Assembly (NCBI GenBank): GCA_003971905.1
Contig: RSEE01000037.1
Location: 248,001-312,000, forward strand
Direction of reading: 5' to 3'
Source: Moniliella sp. 'wahieum'
Lineage: Eukaryota
DNA: 64,000 bases
A program made the translations under genes and the position numbers. Position 1 is the stretch's first letter; every line of letters starts with the position of its first letter. This document shows positions 10,186-24,089 of this stretch, piece by piece. The notes below the pieces were generated by a model that worked only from the letters and a program-made list of their open reading frames with translations, did not search any database and was not told the origin of the DNA.

Positions 10186-10963
10186 AAGCAAGCGAAGGCT
10201 GCGAAGGCACTAAGAGTATCATCCGATAGCACTTCCTCGTATGCATAATGCATAATGCATATGAGAGACATCCTTTGATGGCCGCCAAAGCACGCCGGGT
10301 GCCTAAAGCACACACACCTCAAAACCTCAGTATGTGACTCGCGTGATTGTATTAACGTTTTGCACACAGACCGGACAACTATCGTATCGCAGGGGCGGGG
10401 CCTGGCGGGGCTCAAACAGATCCTAGGACAGAGCGAGGCGGCGCAGACATTGTATACGCGATGCAAAGGGGGTAGTAGAGAGGCATACGATAACTGCACA
10501 GAGGGCGGAACAACCATATACGGGAGGTCTGGGCGTAGAGAGAAAGAACTGAGCAAGGCTTGTTGGGGAGAGGGCAAGGGGGAGGGGGAGGGGCACCGTA
10601 CGAGACGAGACGATATGAAGCCAGAGGGAGGACGGGGAGGAGAGAAGGTTATTCAGAAACGGAGGGTGATGACATATGACATGTGACATTTGAGAAGCGG
10701 CCAAGCTGGGGGACGGGAGGGTATAGGAGCTGCGCCCCGAGAGGCGACCGTCAACGCCCGAGAAGAACGGCGTGCGGCATTATATGTGACACGAGCGGAC
10801 CGACAGGAGCAAGGCGCGCTTCTCACGCAAAAGGGGGGTGTCCGTCTCGTGCTCTCATGGCGAGGACAGCTGTCACAAAGAGCCGAGAACGGTAGGGGCA
10901 GATCAGACCGGTGGCTCGGCCTGACCCAAGGGAAGAATCAAGTCCATAGGTGTGCTGGGCCTT

Positions 10964-12184
10964 CTAGATGACCGAGGGGTGGGAAGGCAGTTCATCGTCT
11001 CTCGCCCTTCTGTGCCCAGGGGCCACCCCACATACTTGGTACCCGACTCGGAGCGCCCCGGGGAAGAAGAGGAAGAGGCCATGGTCAAAGCAGGCGTAGG
11101 AGCTAAAGGGTCTGGTACAGGCGAAAGGGAGGAGAAGGAGGGCACAGATGTTGTCCAATGGGGCACCGTCAATCCACCATCGAAAGGTGCAGAAGAGGGC
11201 TGCGGTAGGAAGCTCGTTGCGACGGAAGGGTTGGGGCAGAAGTGAGATTGAAGTCCACCATAGAGGTATGTGGGCCTTGCTGTGCCTGCTGAAACGGAGT
11301 GGCTGGTGGGTCGAGTGCCCATCCAGACCCGCTGTGGAGGGGAGGGGAAGAGGAGCGGGGGTGAAACGACTGGAGGAGGTAATAGAGGGCTGAAGAGATG
11401 GAGGTTCCGAACTAGGGGTTGCCGTTGAGTGGGCCATGGTGACAGAATCAGAGTGCTGTGAAACCCTAGAGGGGCTAGAGACTGGAGTACTACCGTCTGG
11501 AGGCGCAGGAGGGGAAGAAGTGGCGGTGGGGATGTAAAGGGCGTCCGAGAACCGACCGTGCTCGAGTAAAGCAGCAAAGGTAAGGAGCGAGTCGGGCTGA
11601 ACATTGACCCGGTAATTCAAAAAGCGAAACAACTCTTGTTCCATCGTGTTGATGTCGCGAAGGGTGAACAACCCTTGGCTTACGATGGTCCATGACTTGT
11701 TCGAATATGTATCGTCGCACAGGGATTTACTAGCGAGCATAAGAGCCGAAATGAAGAGACGGTGGCCACTGCTACCGCGCGAAGCGGGGAATCGCTGTTT
11801 GAGCCGCCTGAGCAAGTAGAGAGCCTGGTAGATCACTGCGCCGGGTAGACGTACGCGGTGCAAAGCATAAGCAATGAACTCAAGCAGGGGTGAGATTACC
11901 GTGGCTGGCGGATGGCTGCTGGAGCGGGGGCGAGACGAGTGACCTCCACCAATAGAGGAAACGGGCAGGGCGTTGGGACAGGAAAAGAGGGCCATCACAA
12001 CGTGCTGGCAACTCGGCCTGGCCTGTCTCACACAAGAACAATACAGGGGCAAGTTAGTGGGGGGAGAATGGGCGTGTCGGCGTTCCGATCGTTGGTACGC
12101 ACCTCGAAAACCCCACAAGTCTTCTGGATTGCTGCGGTGCATGGTGGGGGAGACGGTGGGTGGTGGGGGCCGAGGTGGGGGCAT
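10964..12184 (-). CDS. Pcl/Pho80-family cyclin (one probable intron near 12100-12020)
   Basis: FIAYALHR...ALYLLRRLKQRFP...SSGHRLFISALMLASKSLCDDTYSNKSW...INTMEQELFRFLNY cyclin box; S/P-rich tail. Confidence 0.88.
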   Translation of the reverse strand: MPPPRPPPPTVSPTMHRSNPEDLWGFRGAYQRSERRHAHSPPTNLPLYCSCVRQARPSCQHVVMALFSCPNALPVSSIGGGHSSRPRSSSHPPATVISPLLEFIAYALHRVRLPGAVIYQALYLLRRLKQRFPASRGSSGHRLFISALMLASKSLCDDTYSNKSWTIVSQGLFTLRDINTMEQELFRFLNYRVNVQPDSLLTFAALLEHGRFSDALYIPTATSSPPAPPDGSTPVSSPSRVSQHSDSVTMAHSTATPSSEPPSLQPSITSSSRFTPAPLPLPSTAGLDGHSTHQPLRFSRHSKAHIPLWWTSISLLPQPFRRNELPTAALFCTFRWWIDGAPLDNICALLLLPFACTRPFSSYACFDHGLFLFFPGALRVGYQVCGVAPGHRRARDDELPSHPSVI

Positions 12185-15100
12185 GCGTCTGTCCCAGTTG
12201 TGGGCTCATGCACCGGAGACATTGGACCGAGTAAGGGGGGGAGGGCAGATGGGCCGGATGTAGGCGAGAGGAAGAGGGGGGCAGGGGGGGGAAAGTGGGC
12301 CCAATGAGGGGCATGTGCATGCGCACAGAGAGAGTGATTGGCAAACCGCTGACTGGGCGATGGCGCGGGCTTTCCGGCTGGTGCACGGTCGAGCAGGCGG
12401 TGAAAGAGCAATGGGAGGGGCCAAGGGCCTCGTTCCAAGGCGTGAGTAATGATTTGGCTTGAACGATGAAGCTAGTGAAGGATGATCGATGAAAGGATGA
12501 AGGCCCGGACAAAGCCCCGGACGGCTGCTCGGCTGCTTGGAGCACAGCGGCCTGCTGTGGAGGAGGGGAGCGAATTGCCAATGGATGGGTGTCTGGATAG
12601 GCAGGTGTGGCTGGGGAGGGACGAGAATGCACTTGTGGCTGAGATCAGCCGCAGCGCCGACAGGAATTGGAGGATGACGAAGCCAGATGAGGGCGGCAGG
12701 TCAGAGATCAGGTTGCAGTGACTGGTGAGATCACAGAAGAGACCAGCAGGGCAGCTCGGCCACGCAAAGGGTTACCCAGACGGGTGCGAAACTAAAAGTG
12801 GCGTGCAGATGGCGAGGTGATGAGATGGTGGGGAGGCCGCTCCCACCCAATCCACACCGAGAGGAAAGTTGGTGGACAATAGGGGGATAGATGCCAGGGG
12901 CACTCTGCTAGCTCGTATTCAATAGCCACTGGAGACGCCTTGGGGGTCTCACGCCGGATTGAACGTTGAGGGTTGAACGTTGGTTGAACGTTGAGGCCGA
13001 GGCCTGAGGGGCCAGTTTGCCGGAAGTGGCGCCGAAAGCGGAGAGAAGGGGGGGCAACAGCGAGCGTTGGGGCCAGGTGGTGGGTGTGGGGGCAGGTACT
13101 ATATAACCTTCGTCGTCTGCTGCACCGGCTGCGGAGGCGGCAGGCGTGGCCATCGCGCTGTCTGGCACACAAAAGCTCCAACGGCCAGGGGAAAAGAGCG
13201 AGAGAGTCACTAGTCACTATAGCTGGTCTCTCGCTGTATAGTCAAAATAACTCACACGGCACAGAGCCACACACTTCAACACAACTCTCGACTCACGCAT
13301 CGGCATGGGAAGCGTAGCTCACTAGGTCACTACGTCACACTAAGGTCAATCTCATCAACTGATGCGATGCATCTTTCCTAGTGACTCTGCAGATCCCTCG
13401 ATTGTGTCGCACAGCAATCCTTATGATCATACATCCGTCGTCGGGAATGACCGCCGGGGCGCGCTGCGCCGGTGCGGCTTGGCTGAGCGCGGCTGAGCGG
13501 CGGCTGAAAATGAGTACACTCGACGTACTCAACTGAGTACTGGCTGAGTGCTCAGACTGGGCCGCCTAAGCTGAGCACGGATGCTTGCTGAAGGGACGCT
13601 TGATCGATGACGTCGATGACGTCGATGACGAGATGCCCTGGGGCCAGGGACTCTGGCGTAGACATATCTGGGCTACTGGAGCTTTTGGGCGCTGGGCGCG
13701 GACGGTCTTCGTCGTTGCGGGTGCGACAGGGTGCGGCGATGGTGGCCAGATCTCGGAGCACACTGGGACACGTGTTGTACCCGCACATGTGGCTGTGAGA
13801 GAGCTCAGTGGCTCAGCTGTCCAGCCTGGGCCCTCTTTAGTACCTCAGCGGCTCAGGAAGGCCTGCCTGAGGCCTGAGCTCAGGGCCTTCCCCAGCAACT
13901 TTGGCAAAAGACGCATCGACCACAGCACCCTGTTGCACAAGCCGATCGACACACGAGGGACTGCCCGCTCCCTTCGCTACCGCTATTAGTACCGCCACAG
14001 GCCTCCATACCCGGCTACCTCTTCCCACCTCCCACCCACCGTTCGTGGGGCGTGTGGCACCAAGGAGGGCACAGGGGCTTGAGGCGTGGCTACTACGTAC
14101 CTATGGCATGACAGAGAGACGTCAAAGCGTCAAATCTCAGACAGAAGTACGCATACCGGACGTGGACAGCGGCGTGTATTGGCGTTATCTTGTGTTATAC
14201 ATATCAATGATGATCGATCGATGATCGATGATCGATGATCGATGGAGCCGGTTGGCCAATTTGGTTACCTCCACCTATTCACATGCAACAGAGTGGAAAT
14301 GGTAGAGTACGTTGAACATTGACTCTACAGTTTTGCTTCATGTGACATGTGGTAAACCCCCATGGAATTGACATGGGTGAGTGCGACCAAAAGCTAAGAC
14401 ATTGCTTTGGCCAGCGTCAGAGAGAGTACATTTAATGGACGGTGAACTGGTATACCACTTTTTTGTCATGACCGCCCGAGGATGAATTAGTGTTGGAGCT
14501 GTGAAGCGGAGGAATGGGTAGTAAGAGGCCTCTCCCTCTTGAGGTTTGGGTCGGACTGCTGAATGTCCACAGGACAGGACAAGAAGGGTGGGAGGCACGA
14601 CCTTGACATGTGATGCCGACAGTCAACGGGGATCAGTTGAGTGAGTGCTATAAGAAGAAATAATGTGGGAGATGTAACTCAAGTAGAACACACATATGCC
14701 ACTGGGGTTCTGCTGTCCCCCCTTCTGTCTCCCCTCAAACATGGTGGAATGAAGGTCAAACGATGGGTGCCATATCCCTTCGTATCCTTCAGGTTCGTGT
14801 TGCAGACATAATGGAAGGTGACATCACTGTGGCTGTATTCATGTGCCGCCGCGACCAACTGGCCGTAACCAGATGGCCCCAGCTGACTGAGAGAGCTATA
14901 TATGCAGCTGATCGCGAACACGGAGGTGGGCGAAGTGCCGAGTGGGAAGCGGCCCATCATGGAGAGAAGAAAGAAGCGAGAAGCGAACACAAGAGCGCAA
15001 TGGAAGGTATCTCCTCGTCACAACAGTTGCAAGGGGTTATTAATTCGTATTGTTTGTGTCTAGCCATTGCGGAGGGTTAGGGAGTGCAATGGACTCCAGG

Positions 15101-15299
15101 CTAAGGCTGTGGGCACGGATGTAATCAATGAGCTGCAATGGGTTTGCCATCTCTCCTCATGCTCAGTTTCCCTTCTACACGCCCGTTTCTACCTTCTCAT
15201 CTTCCGTAATATATGCCCGGCAAAGGTCTGCAAGTAATTGGGTCGTCGGGCGCTTTATTGGATGCTGCTCGTCCGTGTTGGTTTGGCACCATCGACGAC

Positions 15300-16649
15300 C
15301 TATTGAGTATGGGACGCTTGGTTCCAGCTGAGGTAGGACATGTCCCCCATCCGACGGGGCTTGATGAGGTGGCGAGCGGTAAGACGATTCCCAATAGGAC
15401 GCAGCAGCCGGCCACGACGAGGTAGGTAATCCCAATCACCGAGTTGCGTCCGCCCGTCCAGGACTCGGTGGAAATCACAATCGCTTTCCGACCCTTGAAG
15501 ATGGAGACGGGGTAATTGTCGTGGATGATGATGCGGTACGTGCCGGCAGCCATGTTGTTCTTGTCTTGGCGCATGTAGAGCTTACGGAACGTAGGCAGCC
15601 CAGCGGTGCGCATCCAGACAGCAAAGTGCTCGTCCTTGCGCGGGTCAAAGAGCGAGTCTGGGGTGTAGCGGCCAGTTGGATAGCCATAGGGCCCCTTGCT
15701 CCCTTGCCACCACGGCGGCGGCACAACCCATCGGCTGTATACGGGGGCGCGCCGTACTTGTTCATGTCGCCTGGCCAGGCAATGCCTGTCTCGCTCATGG
15801 TGTACGTCTGGTTCTGCTGCCCGCCAAGCGCGTTGAGCAAGATGGGCGATTGAAACGTATCGTTGAAGATGCTGTTGGCAATCAGCCCACAAGGCCAGAT
15901 GGGTAGTTGAACCCGCGTATCGTTGCCCTGGTCCACTTGTTGGGTCGCGACCGGATGGCACGAGCCGTGGGCCGAGTCCAGGTGCTCGGCGGTACGGTTG
16001 TGCCCAGCAAGCTGGTCTAGGTCGAGCGACTTGACATACCTCCGGTGGTTCTGGTAGTAGTTGGTCACTGCGGTAGTAGAAGAAGATGGGCGCTGGCAGC
16101 TGCTCTGGTAAGCTCACGTCGATCTGGCACGCCTTGCCTTCGGGCGCATTCGCATCGTCACCCACGCCCACGCCGGCGGGTTCCAGCCCGCGGTGCGGGT
16201 ATTGTGGAGGTGGAAGGAGTATTGCGACTTGGGCATGGCGATGGGCGAGCCGAGTGGTGCTGCCACGTGTGGCGCAATCAGTGTAGTCGATGGTAAACTG
16301 CGAGACTTGCTCGGCATAGTAGAGTAGCACCGCCCCAATCGGAGCAAAGATGATGGCCAAGGAAAAAGATGGGCAGAACGGTGCGTGGCGTGAGAAGCGG
16401 CTGCCATGCCTTGAGACGCTGTTGTTTGAATGCAGTGTCTGCACGCGTGGGTCATGCCTTGTCAGCGCATAGCAGCGGCGGCAGAAGACCAGGCCGGGGG
16501 AAGACGTACTGGCTGGGCGGCGGGAGTGCTGGGCATCTGAGGCGTGTGTGTGTGCGTGGGGGTGGACGTGCTCGCCGTAGTTTCAGCCTCAGACCCGCCT
16601 GCTGTTGGTGCTGCAGCAGCAGAGCAGGCGAGCGGCGGAAGAGCCCCAT
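15300..16649 (-). CDS. CDC50: CDC50/LEM3-family P4-ATPase flippase subunit
   Basis: [69 protein letters not shown] across frameshifts. Confidence 0.93.
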
Positions 16650-16986
16650 GGCGGTGGCGGTGGTGGTGGTGGCGGCGGTGGCGGTGGCGATGGCGATGGC
16701 GGCCGGGGCCAAGGGGATGGAAGCCCCCCAAGCGCGGCGGAGCCACCGCTGAAGCAACAACACCCCAGTTTCATATTTCACCCCCACCTGGCCATCGAAC
16801 CGGCGTGGCTGCACCGCCACCCCACACCCCACCTCTCCTCCCCCGCATTGTCGCGTCCGTCCAGCCCCAAGCCGCGGCCCTCCGCGGGCATCGGCACCGC
16901 CGGCTCGTTGCCCGCCGACGCCGTGGCCATCGCGGCCCACCGCACGCTGGCCTGGGCCCGGCCGGGCATCGGCGCTGGGCCAGAGC

Positions 16987-18659
16987 GTGACCGCCGAGCA
17001 GAGCGGCGAGCGCCCCCGCAGCGTCCCTGGCCCCGCCCCGGCCAGCGTCGGTCGCACCAGTCCGCAGATGGCGCGGCGATCGTATGTGCGCGGGCCTTCT
17101 GCCTCCGCGCTCTTCCGCTCCAGCCCGTCGCCCTCGGTGCCCCACATGCCAGCGCCGCAGAACGGCGTGCATCCCATCGGGCCGGCTTGGTGCGTCGCCC
17201 TTGGTCGTGCTTGCCGTGTGTTGGCCGCTGACGCATGGTTCTGTCTTGTGGTCCCGCAGGCCCCTTCCCGCGACAAGTCCATCCTGCGTGTGGCTGCGTC
17301 GCTCCAAGAGGAGTCACACCCTTTTTCAGCCGAGGTGGCCTCGGAGGCGCGGCTGAGCCGGGAGCGGCGTCTCGCTTCCTCCAACTCTGAACACCCGTTC
17401 TCTTCCGGAGGCAAAGTGCTGGGCTTTGTGCTGCCTCCTTTTGTCGCTGGGCCAGCGCCCTCCTTTTGGCTCAACCCTGCGCCGGTGGGGCAAGGGTACG
17501 GCACGACGGACGTGGGAGGAACAGGACGACGAGGAGGCCGACCCGCTCGACACGCTCCGGTTCGGAGTGGATGTGGACAGCGACCAGAGTTCCGGCGACG
17601 AGGTACCCGATGCCGTATGGGCTCCGCGCGAACTGGATACCGAGGTGGACATGATGGACATGGAATTGGACATGGACTTGGACGAGACAGGCAGCACTGT
17701 GGCTCCCCCCGTTCCTTGACCCGTCCCACCTCGACCGAAGCCATCTGGACCGAGTTCCGCGACCATCGTCGTCCCTCTGCGACCCTCTCCACGTCCCTTG
17801 CCCATCGGGACCACAACCTGAGTGCAAGTCCGGCATTGTCTTCCCGCCCAAACGTCCTTTTGCCCCTTCGTCTTTGGGCGCAGTGCAGGACTTGGAGTCG
17901 ACTGGCAGCCCGTCGGACCCAACCCCCATGCAAGCCACACCTTCCACCTCCCGCGCTACCACACCCATCTTACAGAAGGACCAGGGGGACCGACTCATTC
18001 CCCCGCTGCCTTTCCCTCGTGGCGGTTCGGTGCTCCGAGCAGCACGCGTCTTCCATGGGTCCTATGCCGCCCGGCTCGCGCACTCGCCTCGGCAAGCGCA
18101 AGGTCGAAGACCGGTTTGAGCCCTATGCCAACTCGGTATACAAACGAAGGGCAGTGAGCCCAATGCACCCCTTGACGCTTTCCACCTTGTCGACAGGGGG
18201 GGTGGGCGGGGGCATGATGCCTTCGCCCACAGGAACCCCGATCTACCCTTACCCTCCGGGAACTGGCACTGCCAGTCCCGGCCCGACTCTGTCGCCTCCT
18301 TCTTCCCTCACACCCGCTCCGCTCCTGGGCACCCAGTAAGCGCCGTGCTTCGTCGCGCCCGAGATCGTCCCGCTCCTCTTCGCCTGCCACCACGGCCCCT
18401 CTGCCGCCGCCGCTGCTGCTGCGCTGCTGCCCTGACGGGCCTTGGTTCTGAGTCCGGCTCAGGGTCCGCCTCGGCCTCCGGATCCGCCCCCGTTCGCCCT
18501 TCCACACCCACCTCCCGAACTATGGTCTCCCCCGCCTTGGGCCCCACCGGCGTAGTTGCCACACCGCTTGGAACTCCCAAGATGCTGGCCTCCACCCCGC
18601 TGGCTGGGTCGGGGCCCGCCGGATATGGTTCGGGCGCGGTAGGATTAAGTTTGGGGTGA
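16987..18659 (+). CDS. Hypothetical low-complexity fungal protein (limits uncertain)
   Basis: Chain of overlapping ORFs with an acidic stretch (DDEEADPLD...) and motif GKRKVEDRFEPY...KRRAVSP followed by SP/TP-rich sequence. Confidence 0.6.
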
Positions 18660-19111
18660 ACCATCAGGTTTTTTCCCCGAGCGCTTCGGCCTCGGGCCGG
18701 TTAGGGCCGTGGTCCCACCGACACCCGGAAGACGGACAAGAGGAGGAAGTGCAGGAAGGCATGAGTATGATTGGTCTGTCTTGAATGCCTGCCTGTTGTT
18801 AGGCGCAACTCAACTCGTCCTACTTTCCACTTCCTCGGACAGGACGTTCACGTTCATGTTTGCTTTTTCTTCTGCCCTTGTTGGCCTTATTCTGTTGGTC
18901 CCAGAGGTGATACGATCGAATGATCGTGGTTATCTAGACTCGTCCTTGTTCTGCGCTCCTACCCATCCAAGCATACAAACGATACCTTGAACTCGACTCG
19001 ACTGGTCTACGAATTATGCACCAAAGAAAAACCAGAATGATTGCGCTAGAAACGGATTGGATCTTAAGAGAGACGAGAGCGGTAGTAGAGGGTGAAAGAA
19101 ACAACACAAGA

Positions 19112-20456
19112 CTAGCCCATAGAGTACGCAGCCGGAGCAGCGTCGGCACCAGCCTTGGTGTAGTCTTCCATCTGGCATCCAAGTCCTCCAGCGTTTCTTC
19201 GGCCGCACCGCACGAGCGGCACGAGTACGCGTCTTGGGGGCCGCAGGGGCTGGGGAGGGGCGGCACGCGCCTTGGGAGCCTTACGGGCTGCGGCAGGCTT
19301 AGCCTTCGCGCTCTGGATCCGACTCGGGTCAACCACAACCTCGATCCGGAGCGGCCGCTTGCCGTCAATCAGACGGTTGTTGTACTGCTGGTACGCCTTC
19401 TGGCTGTCTCCGGCGCGCTGGAAAATCACCGTGCAAGTTCCCGTCGACACACCGTTCTGGCGATAGTTCATCGCCACCTTGCGCACCGGACCCAGCGAAG
19501 ACGTAAACAGCTCCCGCACCTGCGCCTCCGTCACATCCGTGGGCAGGTTGGACAGAATGATCTTGTCGCCCATAGAGCAGCGGGGCGGGGAGCAGGTGGC
19601 ACTTGCTGCCGGCCGAGGCACGGCCCTTGGTGCCGCAGGTGCGGTTTGGGGCAACAGTACCAGCTGCCTTCTGGGTAGCAGAGGAGCGTTTGCGCGAGCC
19701 CTTGGCCGAGCGACGCTTGGCCGACGGGTTGGCCTTGATGATCTCTTCGAGCGGCTGGTCAATGTTCATCGACGACTGCAGCAGTAGACCCAAGACCAAA
19801 AACACCACCAGGAAAAGAAGGGGCAGAAGGCACGCAAACGCCCAACAAGAAAAAGAGAGAATGAGAGATGGTCCAAGTCAGTAGGCAGGCGAAGAAGAGA
19901 GAGGCAAGAGTCCGTCTCAACGCGCCACAGCAGCCACCCTTGCTCGCAATGCAGGGGCCAGGTCGCTTGGCGTGACAGCAGAGTGGCGGCTAACAGTCGG
20001 CAACGTGCAGGCCAGCGGAGCGCTGCCCACCGTCTTCGTGCACTGTGAGCACATGAGCAGAGCCCCTCCCTGTCCGGATGAGGACGATGGGGGTGGAAAG
20101 GAGGGTTGCATGCTGAAGGGGTGGGCAGGCCGCTGCTGCACGTACGCACGACACGCACCCGCCCAATCGCGTGGCGAGCAGCGAGCGGCGGCAGGAGGGC
20201 AGGTGCAGAGGGTGTTGCAGCCAGAGGCAGACTACGGAGCAGGCAGCGAATCCGAGGAAGGGCTGGCCCGACCAGGCGGCGGCGCGAGACGGGGCTGAGC
20301 CGGCATGGGCGGTGGCCGCGCAGCGCATGGCCAGACGACGTTGCAAGAGGCAGCTGCTGCAGGCGCACGAGCACAACAAGCGGGGAGAAGCACCAGCGGG
20401 AGCCCGTGGGCCTCGTCCCCTCAGCGGGTCCAGAGGGAGGAGCGGGTGCTGACCAT
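19112..20456 (-). CDS. YRA1: Yra1/ALYREF mRNA export adaptor (RRM); exon 1 is ATG only, then a 678-nt intron
   Basis: N-box MNIDQPLEEII, RRM IILSNLPTDVTEAQVRELF...YNNRLIDGKRPLRIEVVVDP, C-box LEDLDAxMEDY. ATG|GTCAGC at 20456-20448 and CAG acceptor at 19776. Confidence 0.88.
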
Positions 20457-20996
20457 TTGGATGGAGGGCGATGCGGCTCGCGGGTGGTAGGGGGTGGTGG
20501 GGTGGTGGCAAGCAGACGCAGCGGGCGACGCGCGTTCGATGCCCCCACTGCCCCTCCATTCCGCCTCGCTGGGGCCGAACGTCCACCCCGGCGCCCCGTC
20601 GGCAGGGGGGCAGTGCGCTCAAACTTCCGATTACGTACGCACAAGCCCTGCGGCTATACTGCCCCCGTGCCTATAGACGTGGCCGCCCGCTCCGTGCGAA
20701 TGGGGAGCGAGGCTCTTCCGCCGCCAGTGGATTGTTGTTTTTGACGCGCGTCGGCCCACCGCTTGTCCCATCAGACGGCCGACGTGAAAGCTAGATGGGT
20801 GTCTCCACGCAGCTAGCCGACGCTACAGCCACCTGCCCGTCTGCCTATACGGTTGCTGCTATACAATGGCTCGCCATCAGACCCGGAGCGATGTGGTGTA
20901 TCCCTATGGAGAGAGCACTCGAGAGCAATAGCGAATAGTACACAGGTTGATTTACACGCGAGCAGTTGAGCACTGCCCAAGAGGCCGAGAGCACAT

Positions 20997-21337
<341 letters not shown>

Positions 21338-21639
21338 TCAGTACAGTCTCAACAGAAGAGAAGGCGACAGCGACAGGGATAGGCAGACGCACAAGTTGGA
21401 TAGTGAGGAGAATACGAAGGTAGAGAAAGATGGTGGGGAAACGGGTTGTGTGGCGGCGAGCAGAGTGGGTTTTATTTGATGCGATCAACTCAGGACGATC
21501 GATGATCTCACTAGCCTGGGGGCCTGTCTTGTGGGTTGGGCAGCTGCTGGGGCAAGACAGACAGGGCAAGGTAGGATGAGTTTCAGCACAAGAGTGCGCT
21601 GCGAGCTGTAGGCCATACATACGCAGAGGACAAGTGGAT

Positions 21640-21990
21640 GATAACGCGTAACGCACCCTTCGCGTGTTGATGGCTCACGCGCTCACGCGCGTAGAACGGT
21701 GAACGTGCACCGTTCACAACGGGCACAGACGTTCACAAGACTCGCTTTACTCCTGTCGAGTCGTACGGCGCGCGTTATGCCACGTTCACACGTTCACACG
21801 TTCACAACCCTGCCAGTCGCCCAAGAGGCGCAAGGGGCGATATTTGAAATTGCAATGGTTGTGAACGCGTGACAGCCAAGATGAAATCGAATGGCAGCAC
21901 CACTGTAACACTGCGAACGCTGTGAACGTGGGAGCGGCACAGCCCCTCCAGCCACCAAGCGCCACTCGGCCGCTGAGAGAGTATATAACT
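21640..21990. promoter_or_regulatory. Divergent H4/H3 promoter with clustered CGTTCACA motifs, ACGCGT sites and a TATA box
   Basis: CGTTCACA/TGTGAACG at 21711, 21730, 21783, 21791, 21799, 21860, 21921; ACGCGT near 21644 and 21865; TATATAA at 21982. Confidence 0.75.
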
Positions 21991-22073
21991 GCCTGGCCCC
22001 CTCCACCCCCTTGTCCCCCCCCACCCGCCCCCACCGACTTCCTCTTCTCTTCTTCCTCTCCCACACACTCGCC

Positions 22074-22553
<480 letters not shown>

Positions 22554-22833
22554 AGGAGCACATCGCGTTGGCCTCCCCCAGCCCCCGGCTGACCTCCTTT
22601 GTATTAGTCCCTGTTTGCATTGCATTCTCCTCAGGTTACTGTTTGCCCGACCGCACATAAAAGCTTAAGAGCCTCTTCAACAGATCCGGCGAATTGATTC
22701 CGTAGTGTGGAGAGGGACTGAAGATATGAAATGTGGAGGCAGTGGGAGGAAGGATGCGTCAAATGCCAGGGCACGGGGCGGGCTCGCTAGGGCACGGCGA
22801 AGTGCGGATGAGGATGAGGATGAGGCGTGAATG

Positions 22834-23875
22834 TCAGAAGATGCGGAGGCAGGAGTAGGAGTCGATGGGGCATGTTGGGAGTGTAGCAAGGTGCAGAGGC
22901 CGAAGAACGTTCGAAAGGGCGTTGACGGGAACCCGATCCTGAGCCGCACCCGAGCCAAACTGGATCAGCTGATCCGCGTATCGTTGGAACTCTTCCAGGG
23001 AGATGGAGAGGTTAAAGTCGTTGAGCAACAGGAACTGGAGTTCAAGCGAATTCAACTCAGCGACTGGTAGACCGCCCACCTACACGTCGCCCCCATGATC
23101 GTCAGTACTCAGGTACTCAGTTCCAATCCACCAAGATAGCAGAAAAACAACGCACCTTGGCGTACCGCGAGTTGGTATAAAACACATCTGAAAAGAATTT
23201 GCTCGCCACCGTCACAGCCGCAATGACCAGACGGTGGACATTGTACGAATCAATAACAAACCCTTTCATTCCGGGGTAGATAGGCACCGCCTCTCTTGGT
23301 GCCAAGGAATCTGCCCCACTCGAGGTTGACACAGCCTCCGGCTTGGCCAAAGTAGACGGGTGGGTCAGGCTGTCTGAAGCAGCCAGAGAAGTAGGCAGGT
23401 CGGGCGTGGAAACAGGAACAACCTCAGCACTGCCGGACCAAAAGTAGCTGCCCCCCTCCGGCTCATGCGGCTCATACGATCAAGGTAGATGATCACCGAG
23501 AGAAAAACGTCGTTGGTAGTAGGGCAGTATTTGAGGATGCGCAGTAGGTAGTCGGCAATCGAGATGCTGGGTGCGTGGCGCGCATGGAAACAGAGGTTGC
23601 TGCCGACGGTTGTGAGAGCACCTCGGGCAGCGGTGGTCATGTATGGCGGACCACTGATGCAATCCAGCCCGGCTTGGGGGTCGGGATCGACATGTCTGGG
23701 GCATGGGGTGAGGAAGTTGGATCCGGTCTCGAGGGGGCGGGACAGAGGCTCCGGCTGGAGGACTGACGGGACGGCAGCGGTCGTTGGTGCGGGCAATGTG
23801 CTGGAGCAGGGCAGCGAGCACGCGCAGCAGGTCCGCACTGGGATAGTTTGCCAGATCGACGGCGGAGAGAGACAT
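22834..23875 (-). CDS. PCL7: Pcl6/7-like (Pho80-family) cyclin
   Basis: FHARHAPSISIADYLLRILKYCPTTNDVFLS...NVHRLVIAAVTVASKFFSDVFYTNSRYAK|VGGLPVAELNSLELQFLLLNDF; intron ~23156-23081. Confidence 0.9.
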
Positions 23876-24043
23876 GCTCAGAGAGTGGGCACCTGGGATC
23901 GCCAGGGGGCAGCGCGCACACGCACACACACACACACTCACTCTTGATACTCACACTCTTTCACTCACAGGCACAGAACACAGACACGGACACCACCAAG
24001 AGCAACCACGCATGCCGAGGCGCGGGCAGTCGTCGTGGGGGCC

Positions 24044-24050
<7 letters not shown>

Positions 24051-24074
<24 letters not shown>

Positions 24075-24089
24075 GAGGAGGAGAAGGAG
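24051..24089. repeat. (GAG)n microsatellite
   Basis: gaggaggag... run upstream of the Pcl7-like gene. Confidence 0.9.

Noticed and set aside
14338..14990. Possible small secreted protein on the minus strand
   Set aside because: Hydrophobic start and cysteines are present, but no clear ATG, domain or coherent gene model.
16452..17933. 493-aa minus-strand ORF and other long GC-rich ORFs (27618-29042, 42085-43146)
   Set aside because: Antisense shadows of real genes in high-GC sequence.
21783..21806. CRISPR-like or iteron-like array
   Set aside because: Eukaryotic context, 8-bp units without spacers; better read as promoter motifs.
22834..23875. Two Pcl cyclins near the histone genes as a functional cluster
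   Set aside because: Different subfamilies, 11 kb apart, no shared motif seen; proximity alone is not evidence.
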